In this document: piece by piece, positions 23,704 through 32,000 of the stretch
Numbering within the stretch: the first letter of the stretch is position 1
Layout: each line of letters begins with the position of its first letter
Assembly: GCF_020969955.1 (NCBI RefSeq)
Contig: NZ_JAHDSX010000008.1
Coordinates: 1 to 32,000 of the forward strand
Origin: Allobaculum fili
GTDB taxonomy: Bacteria; Bacillota_I; Bacilli_A; Erysipelotrichales; Erysipelotrichaceae
Direction of reading: 5' to 3'
Length of the DNA: 32,000 bases
Position numbers and translations under genes: made by a program
Notes under the pieces: generated by a model
The model's database searches: none
What the model was told of the DNA's origin: nothing
What the model saw: only the letters and a program-made list of their open reading frames with translations

Positions 23704-24627
23704 ATGATTGAGCTTCAAATCCAGCTTCTTGCCTTTTTGCTGATCGGGTATTTTCTGGGAAAGCGAAAGATCATTTCCCGATCTGGTGCGACGCAGATCA
23801 ATGCCCTGGTCATGAATCTGATTCTTCCCTGCTCCATTTTTCATTCGTTTCAGACCGCGCTGACGACAGAAATTCTGCAGTCTACCTTTTCCATTCTGAT
23901 CATTGCGATCCTCAGCCAGATTCTGTTCATCTTTCTGTCGAGATGGATCTGGAAATGCGTATCCGATCCGGGAAAGCGTCTGAATCTTGAATACGGTACG
24001 GTATCCAATAATGCGGGGACGCTTGGACTTGTCGTCGGCCAGGCCGCTTTCGGGCAGGAAGGCGCTTTGTATACGTCGATTTATGCCATTCCCCTTCGCA
24101 TTGTGATGTGGTCCTATGGACTGATGCTCTACAATTCGAAAAGCACCGTACGCTTTTCTGCGCTTCTGAAGAAAACCCTGACCAATCCATGCATGATCGC
24201 CATTTTCGCGGGAATTTTGATGATGACTGCTCAGAGTTTCGGATGGGTTCTGCCCGCTATGCTCGACAAAATCATCGCTTCCATCGGCAGCTGCAATACC
24301 GTACTGATCATGCTCGTGATCGGGATCATTCTTTCGGATATTTCCGTAAAGGATCTTTTTGAACCTTCCGTTCTTCTCTATACTGCTTTGCGTCTGGTGA
24401 TCATTCCTGCCGTCTGCCTGATGATCCTCGCTCTTCTTCACGTTTGTGCCATGCCTCTGATGATCGTAACGCTGGAAATGGCCATGCCGGCACCGGTGAC
24501 AATGGCCATGCTTTCGCAGAAATATCAGGTCAATGAAGCCTTCGCCAGCAAGATGATTTTCCTCTCTACCGTTCTTTCGATGGTCACGCTCCCCGCCTGG
24601 ACCGCCCTGCTCAAGCTCTGGTCCTAG
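23704..24627 (+). CDS. AEC-family (auxin efflux carrier-like) membrane transporter
   Basis: 307 aa, polytopic. The N-terminus MIELQIQLLAFLLIGYFLGKRKIISRSGATQINALVMNLILPCSIFHSF is typical of the family. The longer antisense ORF is compositionally implausible. Confidence 0.7.
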   Translation: MIELQIQLLAFLLIGYFLGKRKIISRSGATQINALVMNLILPCSIFHSFQTALTTEILQSTFSILIIAILSQILFIFLSRWIWKCVSDPGKRLNLEYGTVSNNAGTLGLVVGQAAFGQEGALYTSIYAIPLRIVMWSYGLMLYNSKSTVRFSALLKKTLTNPCMIAIFAGILMMTAQSFGWVLPAMLDKIIASIGSCNTVLIMLVIGIILSDISVKDLFEPSVLLYTALRLVIIPAVCLMILALLHVCAMPLMIVTLEMAMPAPVTMAMLSQKYQVNEAFASKMIFLSTVLSMVTLPAWTALLKLWS

Positions 24628-24713
24628 CCGATTCCAGTCAGGCATTAGAAAGAGTTTTTCCTGATGGGAAGACTAGAATATTCGTGTAAGGAAGAAAGCG
24701 AGGCTTTATACCT

Positions 24714-24992
24714 ATGAATAAAGATATTGTTCTTGAAACACAGTCTGAGCTGACACGTCCAGCCGTTGATCTGGCTGAGGAAATCTATAACCACCTGATC
24801 AAGGCACAGTCCGTTCTGGATCTCGTCAGCAATTCCATCGAAGAAAAGAACGCCGATAATAAACTGGATCTGGCATCCGAACTCAACTCCCTGGTTGCGG
24901 TATACGATGAACTCGAGCATGCTCTGGGTGACAGCGAGTCCGTTCTGAAAGCACTCAAGGAAGACGAAAAAGTCGACGAAAAGAACGCGTAG
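24714..24992 (+). CDS. Hypothetical acidic helical protein (92 aa)
   Basis: The ORF has coding-like composition and is followed by a clean terminator. The RBS is weak. Confidence 0.45.
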   Translation: MNKDIVLETQSELTRPAVDLAEEIYNHLIKAQSVLDLVSNSIEEKNADNKLDLASELNSLVAVYDELEHALGDSESVLKALKEDEKVDEKNA

Positions 24993-25028
24993 GTTCCCTG
25001 TCGCTGCGAAAATCCAATCACAGATTCT

Positions 25029-25054
25029 GCTCCCTTACGGGAGCTTTTCTTTTG
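25029..25054 (+). terminator. Rho-independent terminator
   Basis: Hairpin gctccc-ttac-gggagc, followed by ttttcttttg. Confidence 0.6.
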
Positions 25055-25140
25055 CGCCATGGAAATCCGCTCTGCTGTGACAAAGGCGGCCATTGTTTCC
25101 AAACACGATTTTGAGTTAGGCGTTCTGATTATTCCCTTGT

Positions 25141-25476
25141 ATGATAAGGGTTAGGAAAGAAAAGAAAAAACCTCTCTTGAAAGGCATTGTGAACGCCACC
25201 CTTCTGGCTGTCGTTATCTATTTCTGCGTACTAGGTGTACGGGCTTCCAACGTGCTTTCCTTTATCCCCTTTTTAAACAGCTTCATTCAGTCCATTCCGC
25301 AGGCCAAACTGATTACGGTCTGCTTTCTTTGCGGCATCCTGTATCTATCGATCAACTGCTTCAGCAAGCTCGCTTCTTCGATTATCGCCGGCGCCGCCAT
25401 TTTCATTGTGCTGTTCTGGTATAAAGATCTTCTTCCCGCATTATGGACATCTTTGCAGACTTTTCTGGCTGGCTGA
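25141..25476 (+). CDS. Hypothetical membrane protein (111 aa, about 3 TM)
   Basis: Basic N-terminus MIRVRKEKKKPLLK followed by hydrophobic segments. No clear RBS. Confidence 0.45.
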   Translation: MIRVRKEKKKPLLKGIVNATLLAVVIYFCVLGVRASNVLSFIPFLNSFIQSIPQAKLITVCFLCGILYLSINCFSKLASSIIAGAAIFIVLFWYKDLLPALWTSLQTFLAG

Positions 25477-25615
25477 TCCCAGCTTTTTTTGTGCCTTTCA
25501 ACAGCTCATTAAGCGATATATTAGCGCTTCTGCAAAATGCAGTCCTGTTGCAAGGAATCGTTCAATCCTGAAAATTTGGGCATAAGGAGGCATTCTTTCC
25601 CAATGCATAAGAAAA

Positions 25616-25656
25616 GCGGGCGACTGGTTTACTGGCCAGCCGCCCGCTTTGGTTTT
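25616..25656. terminator. Bidirectional terminator between convergent genes
   Basis: A 12-bp stem gcgggcgactgg/ccagccgcccgc with one mismatch. It is flanked by gaaaa on the left and tttggtttt on the right. Confidence 0.5.
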
Positions 25657-25710
25657 GAAATGGAATTTCGATCCTTCGACAAGGATTAGTAACAAGTTTT
25701 AAGCCTGAAA

Positions 25711-27096
25711 TCAGTTTCCCTGATCGTTATGAAGACCAAAGGAACTTGCAGCGGCGTTGGCTGCTTCATCGCGCGGTGCAAGACGTGCAGCGTGCTGCTC
25801 GTGTTTGGAAGAATTTCCCGATTCTGGATCTTCTGCAGGATGGCTGAATTCTGTCTCTTCTTTGACAGCTGCCGATTCTTCGATCTCAATTTCCTTGCCG
25901 CTGGTCAGAGTTTCCAGATCGGTCTGCTCTACTGCAGCGACATCTGTTTCTTCTTCGGCCGTTTTCGTCAGATCCGGTTTTCCATCCGATTTGGCTGGTT
26001 TGTCTGGATCCGGATTGTTTGCAGCCGGATTGTTTGCAGCAGGTTGTGCGTGCAGCGCGTACGGATTGATGGATTCCGGCTTTTTCTCTTCAGAAACCGG
26101 CGTCGCTTTCTTTTCTGATGCCGCATGGTCTGATGTGGGAATAACCGGTAAAGGATTCGAAGCCGGAGCAGAATTCACTTCTTCTCTGACTGGAGGAACG
26201 GCCTGTCCGCCGTTTGGAACAGGATGATTCGGATTCATCACTGGAGGAGCCATTGGAGCTTCTGTGGAAGGCTTTGTGTCCATGAGAATTTTTACCATGG
26301 CAGCGTAGCGATAGATCAGTGCGAATACGCAGATCGCCACGCAAAGGACGATGAGAAATGACATGATCAGAACGACCAGTACGGCCGGCAGGCCCAGAAG
26401 AGCTGCAAGCAGAATCAGTACGACGGCAAGCGCAACGCTGATCGCGACTATAGCCAGCGGAACAAGGCCAAGCTTCAGGCATTCGGAGACGGACGGCTTA
26501 TAGCCTTTATTCTCATTTGCGATGGCACCGAGCTTATACAGACCGTAATACTCGATCGTCACGGTGAAAATATTCAGCGCTAGGAAGAGGAAGACCATCA
26601 GAAGAATCAGAACGGTCGCTCCGCCCAGCATTCCTGAAAACGGATCATTTAAAAAGTAATACAGATAATATTCGATCGAGCCATAGCCCAGAAGGGAGGC
26701 AATCAGGACGATAAACACGCCGCAGAATACGCCGATCAGCAGTTCGACCACAAACGGAATTGCGAGAAACCAGATCAGATAGGTACCCGCGAACGTTTTC
26801 AGATTTTTCCACGGATATTCGAAAAACGCAGTAATCATCTGCTGAAAATCCATCGGTTTCTGATCCACAACGGTCTCCTTGAGAATGTGGAAGGCAGATA
26901 CAACCAGGAAGTAGCTGACGCAGAAGTTCAGCACAGACAGAAAAAACGTTAAGAAGCTGGACTTGCCAAAGATCCAGTTCAGCAGCAGGCTCCACAGGCC
27001 CATGAGAAAACTGACTGCAACGGCCAGTCCAATAAACAGGAAGAAACTTTTCTTCTGTTTCATCGCCTGATTCCAGGCGGATTTGAAACTCGTCAT
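25711..27096 (-). CDS. Polytopic membrane protein with long disordered Pro/Ala/Glu-rich C-terminal tail
   Basis: 461 aa. The N-terminal 270 aa or so hold at least 6 hydrophobic segments (DUF975-like feel, unverified). The tail has a PAANNPAANNP repeat, encoded by the 15-bp tandem repeat ccggattgtttgcag x2 near 26008-26040. Confidence 0.65.
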   Translation of the reverse strand: MTSFKSAWNQAMKQKKSFFLFIGLAVAVSFLMGLWSLLLNWIFGKSSFLTFFLSVLNFCVSYFLVVSAFHILKETVVDQKPMDFQQMITAFFEYPWKNLKTFAGTYLIWFLAIPFVVELLIGVFCGVFIVLIASLLGYGSIEYYLYYFLNDPFSGMLGGATVLILLMVFLFLALNIFTVTIEYYGLYKLGAIANENKGYKPSVSECLKLGLVPLAIVAISVALAVVLILLAALLGLPAVLVVLIMSFLIVLCVAICVFALIYRYAAMVKILMDTKPSTEAPMAPPVMNPNHPVPNGGQAVPPVREEVNSAPASNPLPVIPTSDHAASEKKATPVSEEKKPESINPYALHAQPAANNPAANNPDPDKPAKSDGKPDLTKTAEEETDVAAVEQTDLETLTSGKEIEIEESAAVKEETEFSHPAEDPESGNSSKHEQHAARLAPRDEAANAAASSFGLHNDQGN

Positions 27097-27334
27097 AAAA
27101 CACCTTTCTTGTCCTTAAATCTCAGGACGAATAATTATAGGATGAGTTCATTTTACTTGGGATCTTTAAAGAACTCGTTAAAAATACATAAATTTATGAA
27201 AACACTTTACATTCTCCTGAAGATTGCCTGCGATATTTCTTTTGTCCAATCCTGTTTATAATTCACCCTATTTTTGTTTCAGCGGCATTCTCGTTTTAAT
27301 TTCTGACGACGATTCATATGGAATCTGTAGCATA

Positions 27335-27397
27335 GAAAAAGCCGCTCGATCCGAATGCAGATCGTCAAGAGACGATGCACGCGCAAATCGAGCGGCT
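27335..27397 (-). terminator. Long-loop hairpin terminator downstream of the histidine kinase gene
   Basis: 11-bp arms agccgctcgat/atcgagcggct (27340-27350 / 27387-27397) with an inner hairpin atcgtc..gacgat. On the minus strand it is followed by tttttc. Confidence 0.4.
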
Positions 27398-27437
27398 GTT
27401 TTGTTTCACAATAAGAGAAAAGCGGCGAAGAAGCGAC

Positions 27438-28991
27438 TCAGGCCTGAGCGACTGTTCCAGAAAGATCGGCGACTGGCAGTTCAAGAATGAACACAGCGCC
27501 GTGCTTTCCGTCTTCCCGGTTGCGGGCCTGGATCGACCCGCCATGCGCTTTCATGATGGAATCGCAGATCGGCAAACCAAGTCCATAGCCGCGAATGGCT
27601 TTCTTATTTTTCGCCTTCGTCGTATAGAACATTTCAAAAATCTTATCGAGTTCCGCCTGGGAAAGACCATCGCCAAAATCCCGGATGAGAATTTCGGCCC
27701 TCGCTGGATTTCCTTTTGAGCGGCGAATGACGATTTCGATCGGCATGTCGACCGGCGAATACTTGTTGGCGTTATCGATCAGGTTGATCACGACCTGCTT
27801 GAGCAGCGAAGGATCGAGCTTGCAGGCGATCAGCTCGTCGGTATAAATCTTGTTGAGCTTGCGTTCCGGCAGTCGAATTTCCATCGTTTCCACAGCCGAA
27901 TCTACGACTTCTTCCAAAATGTTGACCTGTGCCTTGATGGCGAAGTTGCTGTTCTGAAGCTTGGTTAAGGACAGAACGTTCTGGACGAGATTATAAAGCC
28001 AGATTGTTTCCTTTCGAATGTTATGGGCCATCTCGTACGGCGATGTTCCCGGTTCGAGCTCTTCCATAAGTACTTCCGCGGTTCCGGAAATGCCGGCCAG
28101 CGGCGTTCGCAGATCGTGCGAGATGGAGCGCAGCAGGTTGGTGCGATAGCGTTCCTGGCTGACCAGATGCTGGTCGTGCTGCTGAATACGCGCCAGGATG
28201 ATTTTGTCAAAGGCAATAGCGGCTGTTTCGACCATCGTAGAAACCATCTGAATGTCCAGAGGAGTCATGCGATGAATCGTCTCGACGGGAATGGCGACCG
28301 CGGCGATGACTTTTCCGTTCTGGGAATACATCGGCCATTCGTACTGTGTTTCGTTAACGTAATAGCCTTTTGCCGGACGGCTTTTATATTCCGCAAAATC
28401 GCGATCGACATTCGTCACAGCCTCCTTATTCAGTCGGGAGTCTTCAAGAAGAACAAACGTGCGCAGCGGAACTTCGTTTTCGTCAAACTGAAGCATGCGG
28501 CAGTCGGTCTGAAATACGCTGGCTATATTGGTAAGGGTAATTTCGATGGCAGCATCGATGGACATCTCGCCGGAAAGGTCTCTGGCGAGATGATAGAGAA
28601 CGTTCGTTTCCTCTTCCCACTTGCGGGCAAGGACTTCCCCTTCCTTGACTTTGCTGGTGATGGAAGAAATCAGTATGGAAACGATAAAGATGACACTGGC
28701 GGCCAGAATGAAATAGGGAGAAATCGGAGCCAGAGAGTAATGCGGTACGCTAATGAAGAAATTATAGGCGAACGTGCAGATCAGCGCAGAGAGAATTCCA
28801 TACGCGTAACCGGTGCTAACGGAAGCGCAGATCACGACGACAAGCATGTAAATGCAGACGATGGTTTCTGCCGGGGCGCCGGTTTCGCGAAGCAGCTGTC
28901 CGATCAGAATGCCTGCCGCACAGACAGCCAGAGTGACCAGAACCTGAAAAAAGCGTTGAACGGCAGGGCTGCTGGACTTTTTCATTGCCAC
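27438..28991 (-). CDS. Sensor histidine kinase, DUF4118 (KdpD-type membrane domain) + HisKA + HATPase_c
   Basis: 517 aa. It has the N-terminal 4-TM segment typical of the KdpD C-terminal half. H-box SHDLRTPLAGISG. N-box NLIDNANKYS. G-boxes IRDFGDGL and GYGLGLPIC. RBS AAAGGAGGGG. Confidence 0.85.
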   Translation of the reverse strand: MAMKKSSSPAVQRFFQVLVTLAVCAAGILIGQLLRETGAPAETIVCIYMLVVVICASVSTGYAYGILSALICTFAYNFFISVPHYSLAPISPYFILAASVIFIVSILISSITSKVKEGEVLARKWEEETNVLYHLARDLSGEMSIDAAIEITLTNIASVFQTDCRMLQFDENEVPLRTFVLLEDSRLNKEAVTNVDRDFAEYKSRPAKGYYVNETQYEWPMYSQNGKVIAAVAIPVETIHRMTPLDIQMVSTMVETAAIAFDKIILARIQQHDQHLVSQERYRTNLLRSISHDLRTPLAGISGTAEVLMEELEPGTSPYEMAHNIRKETIWLYNLVQNVLSLTKLQNSNFAIKAQVNILEEVVDSAVETMEIRLPERKLNKIYTDELIACKLDPSLLKQVVINLIDNANKYSPVDMPIEIVIRRSKGNPARAEILIRDFGDGLSQAELDKIFEMFYTTKAKNKKAIRGYGLGLPICDSIMKAHGGSIQARNREDGKHGAVFILELPVADLSGTVAQA

Positions 28992-29048
28992 CCCTCCTTT
29001 TCTTCCTTCCAGTTTTTATCCGTTCTTTACATTCAATATAATCTTTAA

Positions 29049-29078
29049 TTATTACAGACGCCATAAAATGACGGTCAA
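29049..29078 (-). promoter_or_regulatory. Possible promoter of the histidine kinase gene
   Basis: On the minus strand, TTGACC lies at 29078-29073, followed by an 18-nt spacer and TAATAA at 29054-29049. Confidence 0.3.
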
Positions 29079-29659
29079 AATGCCGGTATCTAAGAAAAAT
29101 GCGTATTTCCCGTTCAGGAATCATGATTTTCGCAGAAATGAGACGCGCTTTCCTAAGGAAAAGAAAACATTACGGATTTGGATTATTTTAAACGACGGAT
29201 TACTGAATATTATTCTGTAAAAGAATTGAATTCAGAAAACGCTTTTTCTGAACTGGACGATTTGAACCGCTGTTTTTGCCTCACTGGCAGTGTTCAGTAT
29301 AGATAGACAAAAAGAAAATTTTCTGACGCCCGGAGTCTGTTTTTTTCTTACGGCAGGATAAATCTTTCATAAATTCCATAACGGAACCCCCTCATTTTTT
29401 CAGAGGAAACCCACCGAAAAATGTAAAGAAAATCATACACGCAGGGCGATGAAAAATAACGGTCAGGATTCAGAGTTTACAGGGAATCTAAAGGAATTTC
29501 CAGACCTTTCAGTCAAAGAAATTCACTTTTGCATACCGAATGGAAACCGATAATCTCCCATGGACAGATCTGCTTTTCCTGCCCTGGTCCGACGATCAGG
29601 CAAACCCGTATTTTTCGATTGGATCCGGGTTGTATTTGCGGGCATCTTCTGTCTGTTGA

Positions 29660-29708
29660 ACAGAAACGAAAACAGCGAAGAGACGGTTTGCATACGCTCT
29701 TCGCTGTT
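29660..29708 (-). terminator. Hairpin terminator downstream of the 172-aa gene
   Basis: A 12-bp stem aacagcgaagag/ctcttcgctgtt (29671-29682 / 29697-29708) with a 14-nt loop. A moderately T-rich tract follows on the minus strand. Confidence 0.45.
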
Positions 29709-29760
29709 TAACTTCTTAGCGGGATCCGGCAGGCAGTTCCGGCATGCCGATCGTTTCTTC

Positions 29761-30279
29761 TTACTGCTGTTCTCCGGTGAAAACGACTTTCTTGTCGTCG
29801 CCGCGGCCGTAGGCAATCGCATCTTTCACGTATTTCTGATAGGTGGCGCCCATGCGGTCTTCGTATTCGACAAAGGAAAGATCAAAGCCGTTGTCTTCGA
29901 AGTACTGCGCAGCCGCATACGCTGCTGCGGCTTCGCTGCCGGCGAGAACCGTCATCATAATGACACGCGGAAAGCCGCGGTATTCTTCGGTACAGATTTC
30001 CTTGAAGGCTTCCGCTTCGGTCATGGAATGATAGGCAGTCGGAATGTTATTGGTCTCGAGCAGTACCTTTTTCATATTATCTGGGTTGTCGAGATACAGA
30101 CCGACCTGCTGGTAGCAGTAATCAAGAAGTTCCTGATAGGTGTGCACATCCGCCATGCCGGAAGCTTTGGAGCTGATCGCCTTGTAATTGGCTTCCATCG
30201 CTTTATACGTATCCGCGATGACCTGCTTTAAGATCTCTTCACTTAAAGCTTCGCGAATTGATTTTTGAATTTGTTCCAT
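29761..30279 (-). CDS. Hypothetical cytoplasmic protein (172 aa)
   Basis: Good RBS GGAGGG and native-looking composition. No motif I can name. The antisense 223-aa ORF is rejected. Confidence 0.6.
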   Translation of the reverse strand: MEQIQKSIREALSEEILKQVIADTYKAMEANYKAISSKASGMADVHTYQELLDYCYQQVGLYLDNPDNMKKVLLETNNIPTAYHSMTEAEAFKEICTEEYRGFPRVIMMTVLAGSEAAAAYAAAQYFEDNGFDLSFVEYEDRMGATYQKYVKDAIAYGRGDDKKVVFTGEQQ

Positions 30280-30504
30280 CCTGGTTTCCCTCCTGTCTTC
30301 TATGATAAATCGCCCATCTGACTTTTTGCTTTACTTTGACCTTTTCGAATTGCGTCCGAAGTTTCGCTCAAAGACGGGCCACAAGCGGCAAAGCAAGCAG
30401 ACCGGAGAGGCGGACAACGCACTAAACGCGACAAGAAGACAGGCTAGAGGAAAAGGCATGAACATTCACAGCCGCAGGTAAACCTGCTGCGAAGTTCTGG
30501 AGAT

Positions 30505-30526
30505 CCAAAAAAGGCATTCGCCTTTT
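30505..30526 (-). terminator. Short hairpin terminator after the symporter gene
   Basis: Hairpin aaaaggc-attc-gcctttt. The flanking A and T runs are absorbed into the stem, which is bidirectional-style. Confidence 0.4.
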
Positions 30527-30567
30527 CAGGGAACGCCTTCAGTGAGAATTCAGTTTGTGCAATCGAA

Positions 30568-31989
30568 TTACTTCGAAGCCTGTGCTCTTTCGTGGAGCGC
30601 TTCTTTGATTTCGAGTACTTTCTTCTTGCCCAGCGGGTACCAGAAGATGAGGATCAGAGCGATCAGAATGTAGCAGATGCCAGGAACCAGAGTCGCAACG
30701 CTGTAGATGCTGTTGAGAACTTCCGGAGTCTGCGTAACAACCTGACCAGCTGTGGAAGACTGGTAGCCGATCCAGGTCAGTACGAAACCGCCAAGGCCGC
30801 CGGCCAGAGCCTGACCGATTTTACGAGCGAAGGAGTATACGCCGTAGATGGTACCGCCATCGTTGTGGCCTGTTTTATACGTCTGGTAGTCAATGATGTC
30901 GGTGATGAACGCCCAGATCATCAGGTTGAACAGACCGGATCCCATGTTTGCAAAGAGCAGGAATCCAACAAATACCCATGGGTTGGAAATCTTCAGGAAG
31001 AACATGATCAGATACAGGGCGCCGGCAAAAATCAGGGCAGCGGATGCAGATTCTTTCTTACCGAATTTTTTGGTCAGCGTTCCGGAGAACGGAGCCAGAA
31101 TCAGCGTGCAGGCTGTGGAAAGCAGACCGGCAGTGGACATTGCCGTGATATCACGGAAGTAGTCCTGGTAAAGATACATGTTGAAAGACTGAGTCAGAAG
31201 CATCGAGAGCAGCAGGAGAATGGCTGCAGCGATGATGGAAACGAGCGCGCGGTTTGTAGCGAGCGCTTTAACAATGTCACCCATCGTCTGTTTCTTGCCT
31301 TCCGGCTTATCTACAACGATGCGCTCTGTGGACCAGGAGTAGCAGAGGTAGTAGCAGATCAGAGCCAGTACCGCGAATACGCAGGCAACCATGAAGACTT
31401 TGTTGCCGTTCATAACCTGATCGCCGTCTGGCAGCTTGTCGTAGATGATCATCGGTGTCAGAGAACCAACGATAGCACCGGCGAACGCAGCGCCAAGGGA
31501 GCGGAAGGTAGAGAGAGAAGAACGCTGAACAGGATCGTCAGTCAGTACAGCAGCCATCGATCCGTAAGGAATGTTGATGGAGGTATACATGAAGCTTCCC
31601 CAGAGAATATAAGTAACGAAGATGTAAACAATTCGCCATGCCATAGGCAGGTTAGCTACCCATGGTACGAACAGAAGGATACCGGAGCATACCACCGGGA
31701 TCATCATGCGTTTGATCCAAACGCGGTAGCGGCCGTCAGCGTGAGCGACAGCGCGGTCTACGAGCTGACCCATACCGATATCGGTGAAGGCATCAACACA
31801 GCGTGCTACGAGGAACAGAGTTCCGACAATGGCTCCCGATACACCCAGGACGTTTGTGTAGAAAATCGTCAGGAAGCTGGACGCCATGATAAAGAAGAAG
31901 TCGTTGCCTAAATCACCCATCATGTAGCCGATTTTGTCTTTCAGACCGAACGGCTTCAGGGTAATATTTGCAGGATTTTCAATTTTCAT
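30568..31989 (-). CDS. GPH-family glycoside-pentoside-hexuronide:cation symporter (MFS)
   Basis: 473 aa, 12-TM pattern. The N-terminus KDKIGYMMGDLGNDFFFIMASSFLTIFYTNVLGVSGAIVGTLFLVARCVDAFTDIGMGQLVDR is characteristic of MelB/YicJ/UidB-type carriers. Confidence 0.85.
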   Translation of the reverse strand: MKIENPANITLKPFGLKDKIGYMMGDLGNDFFFIMASSFLTIFYTNVLGVSGAIVGTLFLVARCVDAFTDIGMGQLVDRAVAHADGRYRVWIKRMMIPVVCSGILLFVPWVANLPMAWRIVYIFVTYILWGSFMYTSINIPYGSMAAVLTDDPVQRSSLSTFRSLGAAFAGAIVGSLTPMIIYDKLPDGDQVMNGNKVFMVACVFAVLALICYYLCYSWSTERIVVDKPEGKKQTMGDIVKALATNRALVSIIAAAILLLLSMLLTQSFNMYLYQDYFRDITAMSTAGLLSTACTLILAPFSGTLTKKFGKKESASAALIFAGALYLIMFFLKISNPWVFVGFLLFANMGSGLFNLMIWAFITDIIDYQTYKTGHNDGGTIYGVYSFARKIGQALAGGLGGFVLTWIGYQSSTAGQVVTQTPEVLNSIYSVATLVPGICYILIALILIFWYPLGKKKVLEIKEALHERAQASK

Positions 31990-32000
31990 GCGATATAACC

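Noticed and set aside
23611-24645. 344-aa minus-strand ORF opposite the AEC transporter
   Set aside because: The product is highly charged and rich in Gly, Arg, His, Asn and Lys, with no structure-like pattern. The plus-strand product has the regular hydrophobic periodicity and N-terminal signature of an AEC-family carrier.
26008-26040. 15-bp tandem repeat ccggattgtttgcag x2
   Set aside because: It simply encodes the PAANNPAANNP duplication within a low-complexity protein tail. There is no independent regulatory or mobile-element signature.
28023-29048. 341-aa plus-strand ORF opposite the histidine kinase
   Set aside because: The minus-strand product carries complete H, N and G boxes. The plus-frame product has antisense-type composition.
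30592-31911. 439-aa plus-strand ORF opposite the GPH symporter (and the 223-aa ORF at 29560-30231 opposite the 172-aa gene)
   Set aside because: Both are mirror ORFs of convincing minus-strand genes that have good RBSs. Their composition is non-native.

Overview
Positions 1 to about 19400 are the integrase-proximal part of a temperate siphovirus-type prophage. The host looks Gram-positive (GGAGG ribosome-binding sites, lipobox proteins). The window opens inside the head module. All lytic genes are on the minus strand: probable capsid 5' end, scaffold, Prp-type protease, an accessory cassette of a DNA methyltransferase plus three tiny membrane proteins, a MuF minor head protein with an HExxH C-terminal domain, portal, TerL and TerS. 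These are followed by a tRNA-like element and tRNA-Ser(UGA), a late activator, a NUMOD-like DNA binder, RusA, and an iteron/dyad array. The replication and recombination genes come next: AEP primase-helicase, SF2 helicase, a DUF669-like protein, a Sak4-like ATPase and an SMC-like ATPase, then a Cro-like gene. A CI-like repressor and a tyrosine integrase lie on the plus strand next to tRNA-Pro(CGG) at 19387-19463. The remaining 12.5 kb is host chromosome. It holds two decayed lipoprotein genes (three in-frame stops and two homopolymer frameshifts), an intact lipoprotein, an AEC-family transporter, small or polytopic membrane proteins, a DUF4118-type histidine kinase with no adjacent response regulator, an unknown 172-aa protein and a GPH-family symporter. 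No CRISPR array, rRNA or transposase was seen. All family assignments are by-eye motif recognition, not database searches. The items most worth follow-up are: the MuF-metallopeptidase fusion with an overlapping small ORF; the methyltransferase/TRD fusion coupled to three mini membrane proteins inside the head operon; a tRNA-like gene lacking an anticodon arm; an SSB-type DDLPF tail on the Sak4-like ATPase; a shared WNxGxxKW C-terminus on two neighbouring recombination proteins; and the iteron array overlapping the primase-helicase 3' end.
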